Position numbers and translations under genes: made by a program. From Gammaproteobacteria bacterium (GTDB lineage: Bacteria; Pseudomonadota; Gammaproteobacteria; UBA5335; SLRW01), in assembly GCA_035638695.1 (NCBI GenBank), contig DASQZM010000021.1, positions 128,888 through 192,887 of the forward strand: 64,000 bases of DNA. The letters are read 5' to 3'. Position 1 is the first letter of the stretch, and each line of letters begins with the position of its first letter. Below the pieces are notes generated by a model. That model made no database searches. It was not told the DNA's origin and was given only the letters and a program-made list of their open reading frames with translations. Below, piece by piece: positions 1 through 9,752 of this stretch.

Positions 1-1087
1 GCACGATGACAACTTCTACGCCGACTTTGCGGCCACCGTGGCGGCATCCCCCCATTTCGACCGCGCCTACATCAAGGATCCCACCGGCCTGCTCACGCCG
101 GAGCGCGCCCGGACGCTGATCCCCGCGGTCCGGGCCCGCCTGGGTGACCTGCCACTGGAGCTGCACTCGCACTGCACACTGGGCCAGTCCCAGTTCAGCT
201 ACCTGGTGGCGGCGGAGCTGGGGATCGATGTGTTGCATGTCGGCATTGGGCCGCTGGGTAACGGCACCTCGCTGCCGCCGGCACGGCGCACCATCGCGAA
301 CCTGCGTGACCTCGGCCACACCATCGATATCGACGATCAAGCTCTCGCGAGGGTGGCGCAGTATTTCGAACGTGTCGCCCGCACCGAGGGGCTGCCAGCC
401 GGCCGGCCGGGCGAGTTCGACGCTGCCTTCGTGCGCCACCAGGTGCCTGGCGGCGTGATGACCACCATGCGGCGCCAGCTCGCGGAGATGGGCATGGCCC
501 ACCGGATCGACGAGGTGATCGAGGAGGTCGAGCAGGTGCGCGCCGAGCTGGGCTACCCGATCATGGTCACGCCGTTTCCCCAGATTGTGTGCACGCAGGC
601 GACCTTCAATATCATGAGCGGGGAGCGCTACGCGACCGTGCCGGATCAGGTGACTCGCTATATCCTGGGCAAGTTCGGGCGTCCCACGGCGCCGGTGGAC
701 GACGATGTCCGCGACCGCATCGTCTCGTCGGCCCGCGCCAGGGAGATCATGGACGAGCCGCCGCCGCCAAGCCTGGCCGAGATCCGCCGGCGCTTCCCCC
801 GCGGCATGTCGGATGACGAGTTCCTGTTGCGGGCGGTGATGCCGGCGGAGCAGGTCGACGCCATGAAGGCAGCGGGACCCGCGCGCCGGACCTGGGATCC
901 CGACGCCCGCTCGGTGATCCGATTGCTGGAGGGGCTGAGCAAACGTCCCCGGGTGTCCGGCCTGGTGGTGGAGAACCCCGGCTTTCGGCTGGCGCTCGGC
1001 CGGAGCCGGCCATCGGAGGAGGAGGCGGACCGGACGGCGGATGCTGCGCCGCCGGTCGAGGATCGACGTGACACGGGAACCGGGTAG
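1..1087 (+). CDS. Carboxyltransferase subunit (oxaloacetate decarboxylase alpha / pyruvate carboxylase subunit B-like), 5' end cut by window edge
   Basis: The frame is open from nt 2 (HDDNFYADFAATV precedes track ORF 38..1087). It shows the HMGL-like and conserved carboxylase pattern KDPTGLL..LELHSHCTLG..HQVPGG..LGYPIMVTPFPQIV. The C-terminus has no biotinyl (AMKM) domain. Confidence 0.8.
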   Translation, partial: HDDNFYADFAATVAASPHFDRAYIKDPTGLLTPERARTLIPAVRARLGDLPLELHSHCTLGQSQFSYLVAAELGIDVLHVGIGPLGNGTSLPPARRTIANLRDLGHTIDIDDQALARVAQYFERVARTEGLPAGRPGEFDAAFVRHQVPGGVMTTMRRQLAEMGMAHRIDEVIEEVEQVRAELGYPIMVTPFPQIVCTQATFNIMSGERYATVPDQVTRYILGKFGRPTAPVDDDVRDRIVSSARAREIMDEPPPPSLAEIRRRFPRGMSDDEFLLRAVMPAEQVDAMKAAGPARRTWDPDARSVIRLLEGLSKRPRVSGLVVENPGFRLALGRSRPSEEEADRTADAAPPVEDRRDTGTG

Positions 1088-1093
1088 CCGCGC

Positions 1094-1960
1094 ATGGACA
1101 TTGCCACCGACATACTGACCCGCCTGCACGCAGCGCGGGGATTCGTGCTCGACATGGACGGGACGCTGGTCCTCGGCGACCGCCGCAACCATGGCCTCCG
1201 GCCCCTGCCGGGTGCGATCGCGATGACCGACTACCTGCTCGAGCGCGAGCTGCCGCTGGTGGCCTTCACCAACGGAACCGCACGTACGCCTGCCGACTAC
1301 GCGGAGGCCCTGGGAGCGGCCGGATTCTCGCTGCCGGCGGATAAGGTGGCCACGCCCGCCCGGGTCGCCGGCGACTGGTTCGCGCGGCAGGGCATGCGCC
1401 GGGTCATGGTCATCGGCATCGAGGGGGTGTACGGGCCTATCCGGGACGCCGGCCTGGAGGTGGTCACGCCGCCGTTTCGCAAGGCGGATGTCTCGGGGGA
1501 GGGCCAGGTCGACGCGATCTTCGTCGGCTGGTACCACGACGTGACCCTGGACGACATCGAGGCCGCCTGCAACGCGGTGTGGGGCGGCGCCGCGCTGTTC
1601 AGCGCGTCCATGGCCCCGTTTTTCGCCACGGCGAACGGGCGGGCTATGGGCACCTCGGTAGCGATCGTCTCGGCCATCCAGGGCGTGACCGGCTGTGACG
1701 CCACGGTGCTCGGTAAACCGGCAGTGGACGCGTTGCGCTGCGTGGCGGGTTACTTGGGCATCGAGCCGGAGGATCTCGCCGTGGTGGGCGACGATCCCGC
1801 GCTGGAAGTGCCCATGGCGCGTCGGGGCGGAGCCCTGGCCATCGGCGTGGAAACCGGCCTGGCCGGCCGGGCCGACTTCGAACGGCTGCCCGCGGGCGAC
1901 CGCCCCCACCTGGTGGTCGCCGACATCGGCGAGCTGCTGGGCCTGTACCGGGCCGGCTGA
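1094..1960 (+). CDS. HAD-superfamily hydrolase, subfamily IIA (NagD-like)
   Basis: The N-terminus carries the DxDGT motif (VLDMDGTL), followed by TNG and a C-terminal GDD motif. It starts 7 nt after the upstream stop. Confidence 0.8.
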   Translation: MDIATDILTRLHAARGFVLDMDGTLVLGDRRNHGLRPLPGAIAMTDYLLERELPLVAFTNGTARTPADYAEALGAAGFSLPADKVATPARVAGDWFARQGMRRVMVIGIEGVYGPIRDAGLEVVTPPFRKADVSGEGQVDAIFVGWYHDVTLDDIEAACNAVWGGAALFSASMAPFFATANGRAMGTSVAIVSAIQGVTGCDATVLGKPAVDALRCVAGYLGIEPEDLAVVGDDPALEVPMARRGGALAIGVETGLAGRADFERLPAGDRPHLVVADIGELLGLYRAG

Positions 1961-2034
1961 ACTTCGTCCGCCGCGAAATTCCCGATCCGACGGCTCCGCC
2001 GGCGGATCCCAGGCAATCGGAGGAACAAGACGAC

Positions 2035-2913
2035 ATGGATCCCGACAAACTCGTAGCCATCGACGTGCATACTCACGCGGAGGTCTCCTGCCGGCAGCCC
2101 CCGGACGAGTTCGGCAAAGAGTTCGACGAGGCGGCCGACCGCTATTTCAAGAACAGCTCCCGGCCCACCATCCCGGAGACCATCGAGTACTACCGCGAGC
2201 GCAACATCGGCCTGATCATGTTCACGGTGGACGCCGAGGCCGAGATGGGTCGCCGACGGATCTCCAACGAGGAGATCGCGGAGGCTGCGGCCGAGAACAG
2301 CGATATGATGATGGCGTTCGCCAGCATCGACCCGCACAAGGGCAAGATGGGCCTGCGCGAGGCGCGCCGGATGATCGAGGACTACGATATCTCCGGCTTC
2401 AAGTTCCACCCCACGGTGCAGGGCTTCTTCCCCAACGACCGCATGGCCTATCCGTACTACGAGCTGATCGCCGAGGCGGGCCTGCCGGCGATCTTCCACA
2501 GCGGCCACTCGGGCATCGGCACCGGGATGCCGGGCGGCGGCGGCATGCGGCTGAAGTACTCCAACCCGATGCACCTCGATGACGTGGCCGCCGACTTTCC
2601 CGACATGACGGTGATCATCGCCCACCCGTCGTTCCCCTGGCAGGACGAGTCGCTTTCGGTCTGCCTGCACAAGCCCAATGTCTACATCGACCTGTCGGGC
2701 TGGTCGCCCAAGTACTTCCCGCCGCAGCTGGTGCACTACGCCAATACCATGCTGCGCAAGAAGATGCTGTTCGGCTCGGACTTCCCTCTGATCCGTCCGG
2801 ACCGTTGGCTCAGCGACTTCGAGGAGGCCGGCTTCCGCGACGAGGTGCGGCCCTTGATCCTCAAGGACAACGCCGTGCGGATGCTGGGGCTGAAGTCGTC
2901 CGGCGCCGGCTGA
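2035..2913 (+). CDS. Amidohydrolase family 2 (metal-dependent hydrolase/decarboxylase-like)
   Basis: Has the N-terminal metal motif AIDVHTH, then FHSGH, IIAHPSFPW and FGSDFP. An SD-like GGAGGAA lies upstream of the ATG. Confidence 0.8.
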   Translation: MDPDKLVAIDVHTHAEVSCRQPPDEFGKEFDEAADRYFKNSSRPTIPETIEYYRERNIGLIMFTVDAEAEMGRRRISNEEIAEAAAENSDMMMAFASIDPHKGKMGLREARRMIEDYDISGFKFHPTVQGFFPNDRMAYPYYELIAEAGLPAIFHSGHSGIGTGMPGGGGMRLKYSNPMHLDDVAADFPDMTVIIAHPSFPWQDESLSVCLHKPNVYIDLSGWSPKYFPPQLVHYANTMLRKKMLFGSDFPLIRPDRWLSDFEEAGFRDEVRPLILKDNAVRMLGLKSSGAG

Positions 2914-3214
2914 GCTGCGGAGCGGTGTCCCGGGCGCTGAGGTGACCCTTGCGGGCCCGGCTTGCCGTGACCTGCTCGCGCCGGCGCGGGACCGGTGCGT
3001 CGCCGTGCGCCCGCGGAAGGGCAGGCGCGCCCGTGATCACTGGAAGCTCGTGGCCGGTGCCGCCACGCGACAGTGCTTGTCGTAGCGCCCGGGTAGGGTC
3101 GCATACCAATCCTGTGGCCGCGATCCGGGGTCACCGACTTGCCGGGGGGCGCTCCTCGCGGGTGGTGAGAGCCCGGCTGGTGACAGCACGGAGAGGCGGA
3201 GGCCCGGAGGAGGA

Positions 3215-4004
3215 ATGGTGACGCCATCGCGAATCACCGTGGTTGCGGATGACCGTGAACGCCCGGGTCGCCTGTTTGCCGAGCTTGCTGTCCGGCCCGA
3301 GGTTCGCCTCCGGACCGAGCGACTTCCGGCGGGCGATTATCGCGTGGACGCAAGCTTCCTGGTCGAGCGCAAGACGTTGACCGACCTGGCGGCCTCGATC
3401 GTGTCGGGACGGTTGTTCGCGCAGGCGCTGCGCCTTGCCCGGGTCGACGGGCTGCGGCCGGTGCTGTTGCTGGAGGGGTGACTCGCGGATCTGCGCGGGT
3501 CCGGCTTGCGATGGGAGGCGGTTCAGGGCTCCCTGGTCACGGCAGCCGTGTTCATCGGGTTGCCAGTGCTGCGCGCCCCCTCGGCGACAGCGTCGGCCGA
3601 CACCCTGCTGTTTCTCGCCCGCCAGGGCCGCAGCCAGGCTCACGGTGCCGCCCGCCGGGAGCCGTGGTGCGCTCCGCCGGCGGTGTTGCGCTCGCTCGAC
3701 GCAGTCCCACTGCGCCGTCGCTCCCGCGCCTGGCCGGCGAAGCGCACGACGGCTCTGAGGCCTGACAATACCCCCGGGAAGATTGGGATTGCAGGGATTG
3801 CCGGGGATCGGGCCAAGGAGGGCGGAGTCGTTGCTGGCACGTTTCGGCAGCCTCGCCGGGGTGGTCAACGCCGATCCGGGGGAGCTCGCGGATGTCTCCG
3901 GCATCGGAGCGGAGACCGCGCGACGCATCAAGTGGGCGGTCGAAGAGGCTCCGACCCCGTATCCAGGAGGTGACTCCGGGCGGGGAGTCGTGCTTCTCGA
4001 GTGA
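3215..4004 (+). pseudogene. ERCC4-type nuclease with C-terminal tandem helix-hairpin-helix, disrupted (in-frame TGA at 3479-3481, frame change, second TGA at 3756-3758)
   Basis: The ATG has a GGAGGAGGA SD. The N-terminus has ERCC4 motifs (DDRE, GDYRV, LVERKTLTDL). Family-like sequence continues in the same frame after the TGA (LADLRGSGLRWEAVQGSLVTAAVFIGLPVLRA). The HhH pair (LPGIGPRRAESLL, VSGIGAETARRI) lies in another frame at 3783..4004. Confidence 0.6.
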
Positions 4005-4156
4005 CACCTGTCTGGTTCGAGCGAAGAGGTCCCGTCGCCGGTAGGCCCCGCTTGGCTGGGCGATCCAGACGCATCCGAGCGGCAACCCGGAGTTGCGCGC
4101 GTGCTCGATCCCTGCCTTGCTCGCTTCCCGAGGGCAGCCTCTCCAGCCCAAAATCG

Positions 4157-5629
4157 TTATGGCGCACTTTGCCGGGCATGTGTTTCGCGCACTCGGCTGG
4201 CCGCCGCCAGGGCCAGCACGGTCATGCCCAGGCAGAACCCCAGGCCGTGCTGGTAGGCGGCAAAATCGTAGTGGCGTACCCCGTTCTCTATGTGCCCGTT
4301 CCAGCCCAGGTCGAGCAACCAGCCGAACACGGTCTGATTGACCGCCACACCGAGGAATAAACCGGTGTTGACCAGGGCGATGCTCATGCCGGAGACGGAG
4401 GGATCGGCCGCCTCCTTGGCGCCCGCATAACCCACGGTCATGGCCGATGCAGCCAGCCCCAGCGCGCTGTACAGCAGCAGCGCCGACCCGCCCGGCCCCC
4501 AGGGCAGGAGCAGCATGGCGCACCAGGTCGAAGCGGAGACCGCGGCCGCGCCGACGATGAACGGCTTGCGCCGGCGCACTTTGTCGGAGACCCAGCCCAT
4601 GAGCAGAGCGCCGCCTGCGAGAAAGATCAGGCTCACGGAGGTATAGACGGCCGCGTGCGAACGGTCCAGGCCGAACACGTCGCGCAGCAGCGGCACGCCC
4701 CAGAGTCCGGCAAAACCGAAGAACGCGCCGCCCGTGCCGAAACTGGCCCAGAAAATGGCCCAGGCCTGGTGGTCGCGCAGTACACGTGCGATGTCCGCCA
4801 GCCAGTGCCGATCGCTGGCTGCGTAGGAGGCTTCGCCCACCATTTCCCGCACTGAGGGAAAACCGGCGTCTTCGGGGGCGTTGCGCACGAAAATGAGTAT
4901 CAGAACGGCCAGCAACAAGGCCAATACGCCGGCGAAGACGAAGATGCTGCGCCAGGTAAACCAGCTCATCAGCAGGGCGAGCGGCCCGGCAGAGATAAAT
5001 GCGCCCGCGATGCCGAGCAGAATGGCCAGCCCGCTGACGGCGCCGTAGCGATGTTCGGGGAACCACACGGTGTTTGCCTTCATCAGGCCGACGAAGATGG
5101 TGGAGGTGCCAAGACCCATCAGCAGCCGGCCCACGCCCGCGACGGCGAAGGCCGGCGCCAGACCGAAAGCCACCGCGCCCAGCCCGGCCAGCAGCGCGCC
5201 GCTGAAGGCGCTGAGCCGGGGACCGAGGCGATCGGAGAGCACGCCGGCCGGCAGCTGCATAGCCGTGTAGACATAGAAGTAAATCGCCACCAGCGTGCCC
5301 AGCGCAGCCCCGCCCGTGCCGAACGCCGACATCAGGCTGTCGGTCATGACGCCCGGGGCTGTGCGGTAGAAATAGCCAAGCATGAAGGCCAGCGCCAGCA
5401 GGGTGAAGATGAGCCGACGGGTGCGCAGAAAGCGCGCGAGGTCGTAGTCTGGTTCCGCGCTGACGCCCAATCCGGCCTCCAGTCTGGATTGCCCGGCCCT
5501 GCTGGCGCTGCAGGACTTGTTTTTTGCAAGGGGTGCGCCGGCCCACGCGGGGACGCATCGGTGCTCCTCGGATGGTATCAGCACCGCCCCCGGGTTGTGG
5601 ATGAGGGACCTTGTGCGGACCGGCGGCAC
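4157..5629 (-). CDS. MFS transporter
   Basis: The translation is hydrophobic with about 12 predicted TM helices and an MFS-like loop (PAGVLSDRLGPR). The true start is probably downstream of the GTG at 5629 (for example TTG near 5470), because the first ~55 residues are not membrane-like. Confidence 0.8.
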   Translation of the reverse strand: MPPVRTRSLIHNPGAVLIPSEEHRCVPAWAGAPLAKNKSCSASRAGQSRLEAGLGVSAEPDYDLARFLRTRRLIFTLLALAFMLGYFYRTAPGVMTDSLMSAFGTGGAALGTLVAIYFYVYTAMQLPAGVLSDRLGPRLSAFSGALLAGLGAVAFGLAPAFAVAGVGRLLMGLGTSTIFVGLMKANTVWFPEHRYGAVSGLAILLGIAGAFISAGPLALLMSWFTWRSIFVFAGVLALLLAVLILIFVRNAPEDAGFPSVREMVGEASYAASDRHWLADIARVLRDHQAWAIFWASFGTGGAFFGFAGLWGVPLLRDVFGLDRSHAAVYTSVSLIFLAGGALLMGWVSDKVRRRKPFIVGAAAVSASTWCAMLLLPWGPGGSALLLYSALGLAASAMTVGYAGAKEAADPSVSGMSIALVNTGLFLGVAVNQTVFGWLLDLGWNGHIENGVRHYDFAAYQHGLGFCLGMTVLALAAASRVRETHARQSAP

Positions 5630-5994
5630 ACGCCGGGGCGTGCCTTGGCCGGCTGACCGCTTTCGTCGGCACGGGGTCAGACGGGTTATGCTGTGCGCAT
5701 CCGGCCGGTCGGCCCGCGATGCTTGCCGCAGCTGCGGCGTAGCCGTGTAGCACCCTCTTGTGCTTGAGGGCCTCCGGCCCGCCGGGCATGTCCAGCTCGG
5801 CCTCGCTGACGACGATGCGGCTCTCGTGCTTGATTTCGATCGGGACGCGCTATAGCGTGCCCTTCGCTCGCTTGGGCTTGGTGACGGTTGTCATGGATGC
5901 TCTCCTGGTGGGCGGTGCCAGCAAAGCAGATGGTGGCGCGCTGGTAGCACCGGAGGAGTATCGAACGGCGGAAATGCGTGGTCTTCAAGGGTTA

Positions 5995-7059
5995 ATGGTG
6001 GAGAACGGAGAAGGCTCAACAACCCGCACCGCAGAAGCGTATCGGCCTGAAACACCGGTAAAAACCTTGGATCGCAGGCTATCAGTCGCGCCCATGATGC
6101 AGTGCACCGACCGGGACGATCGCTACCTGCTGCGGCTGCTGTCGCGCCGGGTGCTGTTGTATACGGAGATGGTCACGGCCGCGGCGCTGTTGCACGGAGA
6201 CCCCGAACGGCTGCTCGCGTTCGATCCGGTCGAGCATCCGGTGGCCCTGCAGGTCGCCGGCAGCGATCCCTCGGCGCTGGCGCGGGCGGCGCACCTCGGG
6301 GTGCAGGCGGGTTACGACGAGATCAATCTCAACCTCGGCTGTCCCAGCGACCGCGTGCAGCAGGGCCGTTTCGGCGCCTGCCTGATGGCGGAGCCGGCGC
6401 TGGTGGCCGAGTGCGTGGCCGCGATGCGCGCGGAGGCTGCTGTGCCGGTGACGGTGAAGACGCGTATCGGCATCGATCACCGCGACAGCTATGAGGAGCT
6501 GTACCGTTTTGTCGAGACGGTGGCCGCGGCGGGCTGCCGCGTGTTCTCGGTGCATGCCCGCAAGGCCTGGCTGTGCGGCCTGAGCCCGCGGGAGAACCGG
6601 GAGGTGCCGCCGCTGCGCTACGGGGTCGTGCACCGGCTCAAACGGGATTTCCCGGGACTGGCGATCGTCATCAACGGCGGGATCCGCGACCTTGACGCGG
6701 TGCAGGATCAGCTGCGACAGGTGGACGGGGTCATGGTCGGCCGCGCCGCCTACCATGATCCCTGGATGCTGGCTGACGCGGACCGGCGCGTGTTCGGCGC
6801 GGACGGCCCGGCGACGAGCCGCCACCAGGTGCTGCAGGCCTACGCCCGGTACGTCCGTGAGCGGTTGGACCAGGGGGCGCAGCTGCAGCGCATGGCGCGG
6901 CACGTCCTGGGCCTGTTCCAGGGGCTCCCCGGGGCGCGGGCGTTCCGGCGCCACATCAGTCAGCACGGCCACCGGCATGGCGCAGGGGCCGAGGTCCTGG
7001 AAGACGGCGCGTGCCTGGTGCGCGAGTCGGCCACCGAGCCGATGCGACGCAGCGCCTGA
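5995..7059 (+). CDS. dusA: tRNA-dihydrouridine(20/20a) synthase DusA
   Basis: The motifs RLSVAPMM..TDR..LLYTEMV..NLNLGCPS..VTVKTRIG..VHARKAWL..GVMVGR align along the full length with E. coli DusA. The track ORF 5758.. is an upstream extension. ATG 5995 is chosen by alignment length, so the start is uncertain. Confidence 0.85.
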   Translation: MVENGEGSTTRTAEAYRPETPVKTLDRRLSVAPMMQCTDRDDRYLLRLLSRRVLLYTEMVTAAALLHGDPERLLAFDPVEHPVALQVAGSDPSALARAAHLGVQAGYDEINLNLGCPSDRVQQGRFGACLMAEPALVAECVAAMRAEAAVPVTVKTRIGIDHRDSYEELYRFVETVAAAGCRVFSVHARKAWLCGLSPRENREVPPLRYGVVHRLKRDFPGLAIVINGGIRDLDAVQDQLRQVDGVMVGRAAYHDPWMLADADRRVFGADGPATSRHQVLQAYARYVRERLDQGAQLQRMARHVLGLFQGLPGARAFRRHISQHGHRHGAGAEVLEDGACLVRESATEPMRRSA

Positions 7060-7080
7060 GCGCGCCCGCCGCGCGACCGT

Positions 7081-8694
7081 TCAGTCGAGTTCCGCCTCGG
7101 CTGCCTGGCGTGACACGCGCGGCGTCCCGAGGATCATGTCCACGGCCTTTTCCGCGATCATCAGCGTCGGCGCGTTGGTGTTGCCGCTTACCAGCTGCGG
7201 CATCACCGAGGCGTCGATCACCCGCAGCCCCTCGAGCCCGTGGACCTTGAGCTCGGGATCGACCACCGCCCGGTCGTCGGTCCCCATGCGGCAGGTCCCG
7301 ACGGGGTGATAGATGGTCTCGGCACGGCGGCGGACAAAGCTTCTCAGGCCTTCATCGCCGGTTACCTCGGGCCCCGGGTGCAGCTCCCGGCCGGAGAGGT
7401 GCGCCAGCGGCCCCGACTGGAAGATCCGGCGGGCGATGCGCACGCCCTCGACCATCACCGCGAGGTCTGCCTCGCTGTCGAGGTAATTGGGGAAGATCGC
7501 GGGGTGAGCTGCCGGGTCGGGCGATGCCAGGCGGATGCGCCCGCGGCTCTCCGGGCGCAGGACGCACACGTGCAGCGTCATGCCCTTCTCCGATACCTCG
7601 ATCCGCCCGTGCTGCTCCATGTTGGCGGGGAGGAAGTGCAGCTGCACGTCCGGCCGATCGAGGTCCTCGCGAGTGCGCATGAAGCCGCCGGCCTCCGCGG
7701 CATTGGAGGTGCCGGGACCATTGCGGGTGAACAGATAGCGCAGAGCGACCGCGAGTTGCTGGACGGTGTTGAAGTTGTAGGTACCGGCCGCGTCAGTGGC
7801 ATAGTTGACGCAGACATCCAAATGGTCGTGCAGGTTGTCGCCCACACCCGGGAGATCGGCGACCGTGTCGATGCCGTGTTCGACCAGGTGCGCTGCGGGA
7901 CCGATCCCCGAGAGCATCAGCAGCTGCGGGCTATTGACGGCGCCACCGGCGAGCAGCACCTCGCGCGCGGCGTCGGCCCGGACCGTCCGGCCGGCGTGGC
8001 GGTACTCGACCCCGACCGCGCGCCGACCGTCGAACAGCACCCGAGTGGCCAGCGCGCGCGTGAGCACGGTCAGGTTGGAGCGGTCCATTGCCGGGCGCAG
8101 GTAGGCGACCGCGGTGCTGCATCGGCGCCCGTTGCGCTGTGTGACTTGGTAGCGCCCGACGCCCTCCTGCCGGGGACCGTTGAAGTCGTCGTTGGCGGGA
8201 TGGCCGGCCGCGCGCGCCGATTCCAGGAAGGCGTCGGTGAGGGGGTTGCGGTAGCGCAGGTCGGACACGGCCAGCGGTCCCCCCACGCCGTGGTAGGCGT
8301 CCTCGCCGCGCTCCTGGTCCTCGGAAAGGCGGAAGTAGGGCAGCACGTCGGCGAAGGACCAGCCTTCGTTTCCCAGCTCCGCCCAGTGATCGTAATCCTG
8401 GTGCTGGCCCCGGATATAGCACATGGCATTGATCGAGCTGCTGCCCCCGAGGACCTTGCCGCGCGGCCAGTACAGGCGCCGGTTTTCCAGGTGAGGCTCG
8501 GCCTCCGTCTCGTACTCCCAGTTCTCGGGCCCCCCGGGCACCAGCTCGCTGAGCCCCGCAGGCATGTGGATCTTGAAGCTCCGGTCGGGTCCTCCCGCCT
8601 CCAGCAGCAGCACCCGCGTGTTACCGTCGCCGCTGAGGCGCTCTGCGAGGGCGCACCCCGCGGTGCCGGCCCCTATGATCACGAAGTCGTACAT
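7081..8694 (-). CDS. GMC family oxidoreductase (choline dehydrogenase-like)
   Basis: Has the FAD fingerprint YDFVIIGAGTAGCALA, then GGSSSINAM and the C-terminal HPVGTCRMG..VIDASVMP. The second ATG (8694) has a GAGGAGA SD. No betB or betI is adjacent, so it is not called betA. Confidence 0.85.
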   Translation of the reverse strand: MYDFVIIGAGTAGCALAERLSGDGNTRVLLLEAGGPDRSFKIHMPAGLSELVPGGPENWEYETEAEPHLENRRLYWPRGKVLGGSSSINAMCYIRGQHQDYDHWAELGNEGWSFADVLPYFRLSEDQERGEDAYHGVGGPLAVSDLRYRNPLTDAFLESARAAGHPANDDFNGPRQEGVGRYQVTQRNGRRCSTAVAYLRPAMDRSNLTVLTRALATRVLFDGRRAVGVEYRHAGRTVRADAAREVLLAGGAVNSPQLLMLSGIGPAAHLVEHGIDTVADLPGVGDNLHDHLDVCVNYATDAAGTYNFNTVQQLAVALRYLFTRNGPGTSNAAEAGGFMRTREDLDRPDVQLHFLPANMEQHGRIEVSEKGMTLHVCVLRPESRGRIRLASPDPAAHPAIFPNYLDSEADLAVMVEGVRIARRIFQSGPLAHLSGRELHPGPEVTGDEGLRSFVRRRAETIYHPVGTCRMGTDDRAVVDPELKVHGLEGLRVIDASVMPQLVSGNTNAPTLMIAEKAVDMILGTPRVSRQAAEAELD

Positions 8695-9033
8695 TGTCGG
8701 TCTCCTCGGTGGCATGAGTTATTCTGCGACAGATGCCGCGGGCCGCTTAACGATGGTAGGACGTGTATCAGCGCGATGCACGCCTGGCGACGCGGGCCGC
8801 GTCGGCGCTCCTGGCACAGCCACAGCGAGTGCGACAAGCCGTTTCCGCCCTGGCGGGGTCCGGGTCCCAACCCGCCGGCCGAATGATCTACACTGGGAAT
8901 CGGGACGTCGAGGAAGGGGCGTCCCGCCCCTCCATCGCTCGCCGGAGCCGCCCCCTCTGATCAGGACGACCCGTCACCGATCAGCGGCGGTCCCCACAGC
9001 ATCGTCTCACCGGACTACGGAGAAGAGGCAGCC

Positions 9034-9240
9034 ATGGACCTGAATCATTCCGACAGCCTGCAGGATCAGCTCCGCTCCCTGAAGCACGAGCATCACGTCC
9101 TCGACGCCACGGTCAACCGCCTTGCCCGCAATCCCGCCGTAGATCCCTTCGAGGTGCGACGACTCAAGAAGCGAAAGCTCCGGCTGAAGGACGAAATTGA
9201 GCAGCTGCAGAGTCGTCTTCAGCCCGACGGCGGCGCCTGA
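9034..9240 (+). CDS. DUF465 (YdcH-like) small coiled-coil protein
   Basis: A 68-aa ORF with a GGAGAAGAGG SD. The LKxEHxxLD..RLKKxKLxLKDEI pattern is typical of the family. Confidence 0.75.
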   Translation: MDLNHSDSLQDQLRSLKHEHHVLDATVNRLARNPAVDPFEVRRLKKRKLRLKDEIEQLQSRLQPDGGA

Positions 9241-9260
9241 CGCTGCCCGTCCATCCGGTC

Positions 9261-9683
9261 CTATTCCTCGGGACCGACGGGTCCGCGCAGATTCTTGGTC
9301 CGGCTACGCTGACGCTTGCGCTCAAGCCGTCGCCGCCGCGCCGCTTGCGGCGCCTGCGTGCGCCGGCGCGGGCGCGGCGCAACCAGCGCGCGGCGGATCA
9401 GTGCCGCCAGGCGCTCCCGCGCGTCGCGCCGATTCAGGGCCTGCGAGCGGTGCCGGCGCGCGTCGATAAGGATGATCCCTGCGGCGCTGGCCTGGTTCCC
9501 GGCCAAATCGAGCAGTCGCCGGCGGACGTCCCCGGTCAGCGCGGTGCTGCGCGCGGCGTCGAAGCGGAGCTGGACGGCACTGGCCGTGGTATTCACACCC
9601 TGGCCGCCCGGGCCTGACGCCAGGATGAACTTTTCGTCCAGCTCGGCTTCCGGGATGGACAGCTTCGCGTTGATTCGTAACAT
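9261..9683 (-). CDS. arfB: Alternative ribosome-rescue factor ArfB (peptidyl-tRNA hydrolase, GGQ)
   Basis: MLRINAKLSIPEAEL..SGPGGQGVNT and a basic C-terminal tail. The length (140 aa) and N-terminus align with E. coli YaeJ. An alternative ATG lies at 9692. Confidence 0.85.
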   Translation of the reverse strand: MLRINAKLSIPEAELDEKFILASGPGGQGVNTTASAVQLRFDAARSTALTGDVRRRLLDLAGNQASAAGIILIDARRHRSQALNRRDARERLAALIRRALVAPRPRRRTQAPQAARRRRLERKRQRSRTKNLRGPVGPEE

Positions 9684-9752
9684 CGACTGCATGCTAGCCG
9701 CCCGGCCCATCGCGGGGAAGCGGGCGCGGTTGCTGGCGGCGGGGAACGCAGA

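Noticed and set aside
3479-3481. TGA as selenocysteine or other recoding in the ERCC4 gene
   Set aside because: I could not identify a SECIS-like hairpin immediately downstream. The gene also needs a frame change and crosses a second TGA. Other genes in the window terminate normally at TGA. Pseudogenisation or sequencing error is simpler.
3552-5789. 745-aa minus-strand ORF spanning the ERCC4 remnant and the MFS gene
   Set aside because: It is out of frame with the genuine MFS translation (4157-5629) and is Arg/Pro/Gly-rich with no membrane or domain signal. It is a GC-driven artefact.
5630-5994. Genomic-island integration at the dusA 5' end (a known hotspot for DusA-associated integrases)
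   Set aside because: No integrase, att-like direct repeat of the dusA 5' end, or foreign-looking genes were found upstream. The neighbours are an MFS transporter and a decayed nuclease with native composition.
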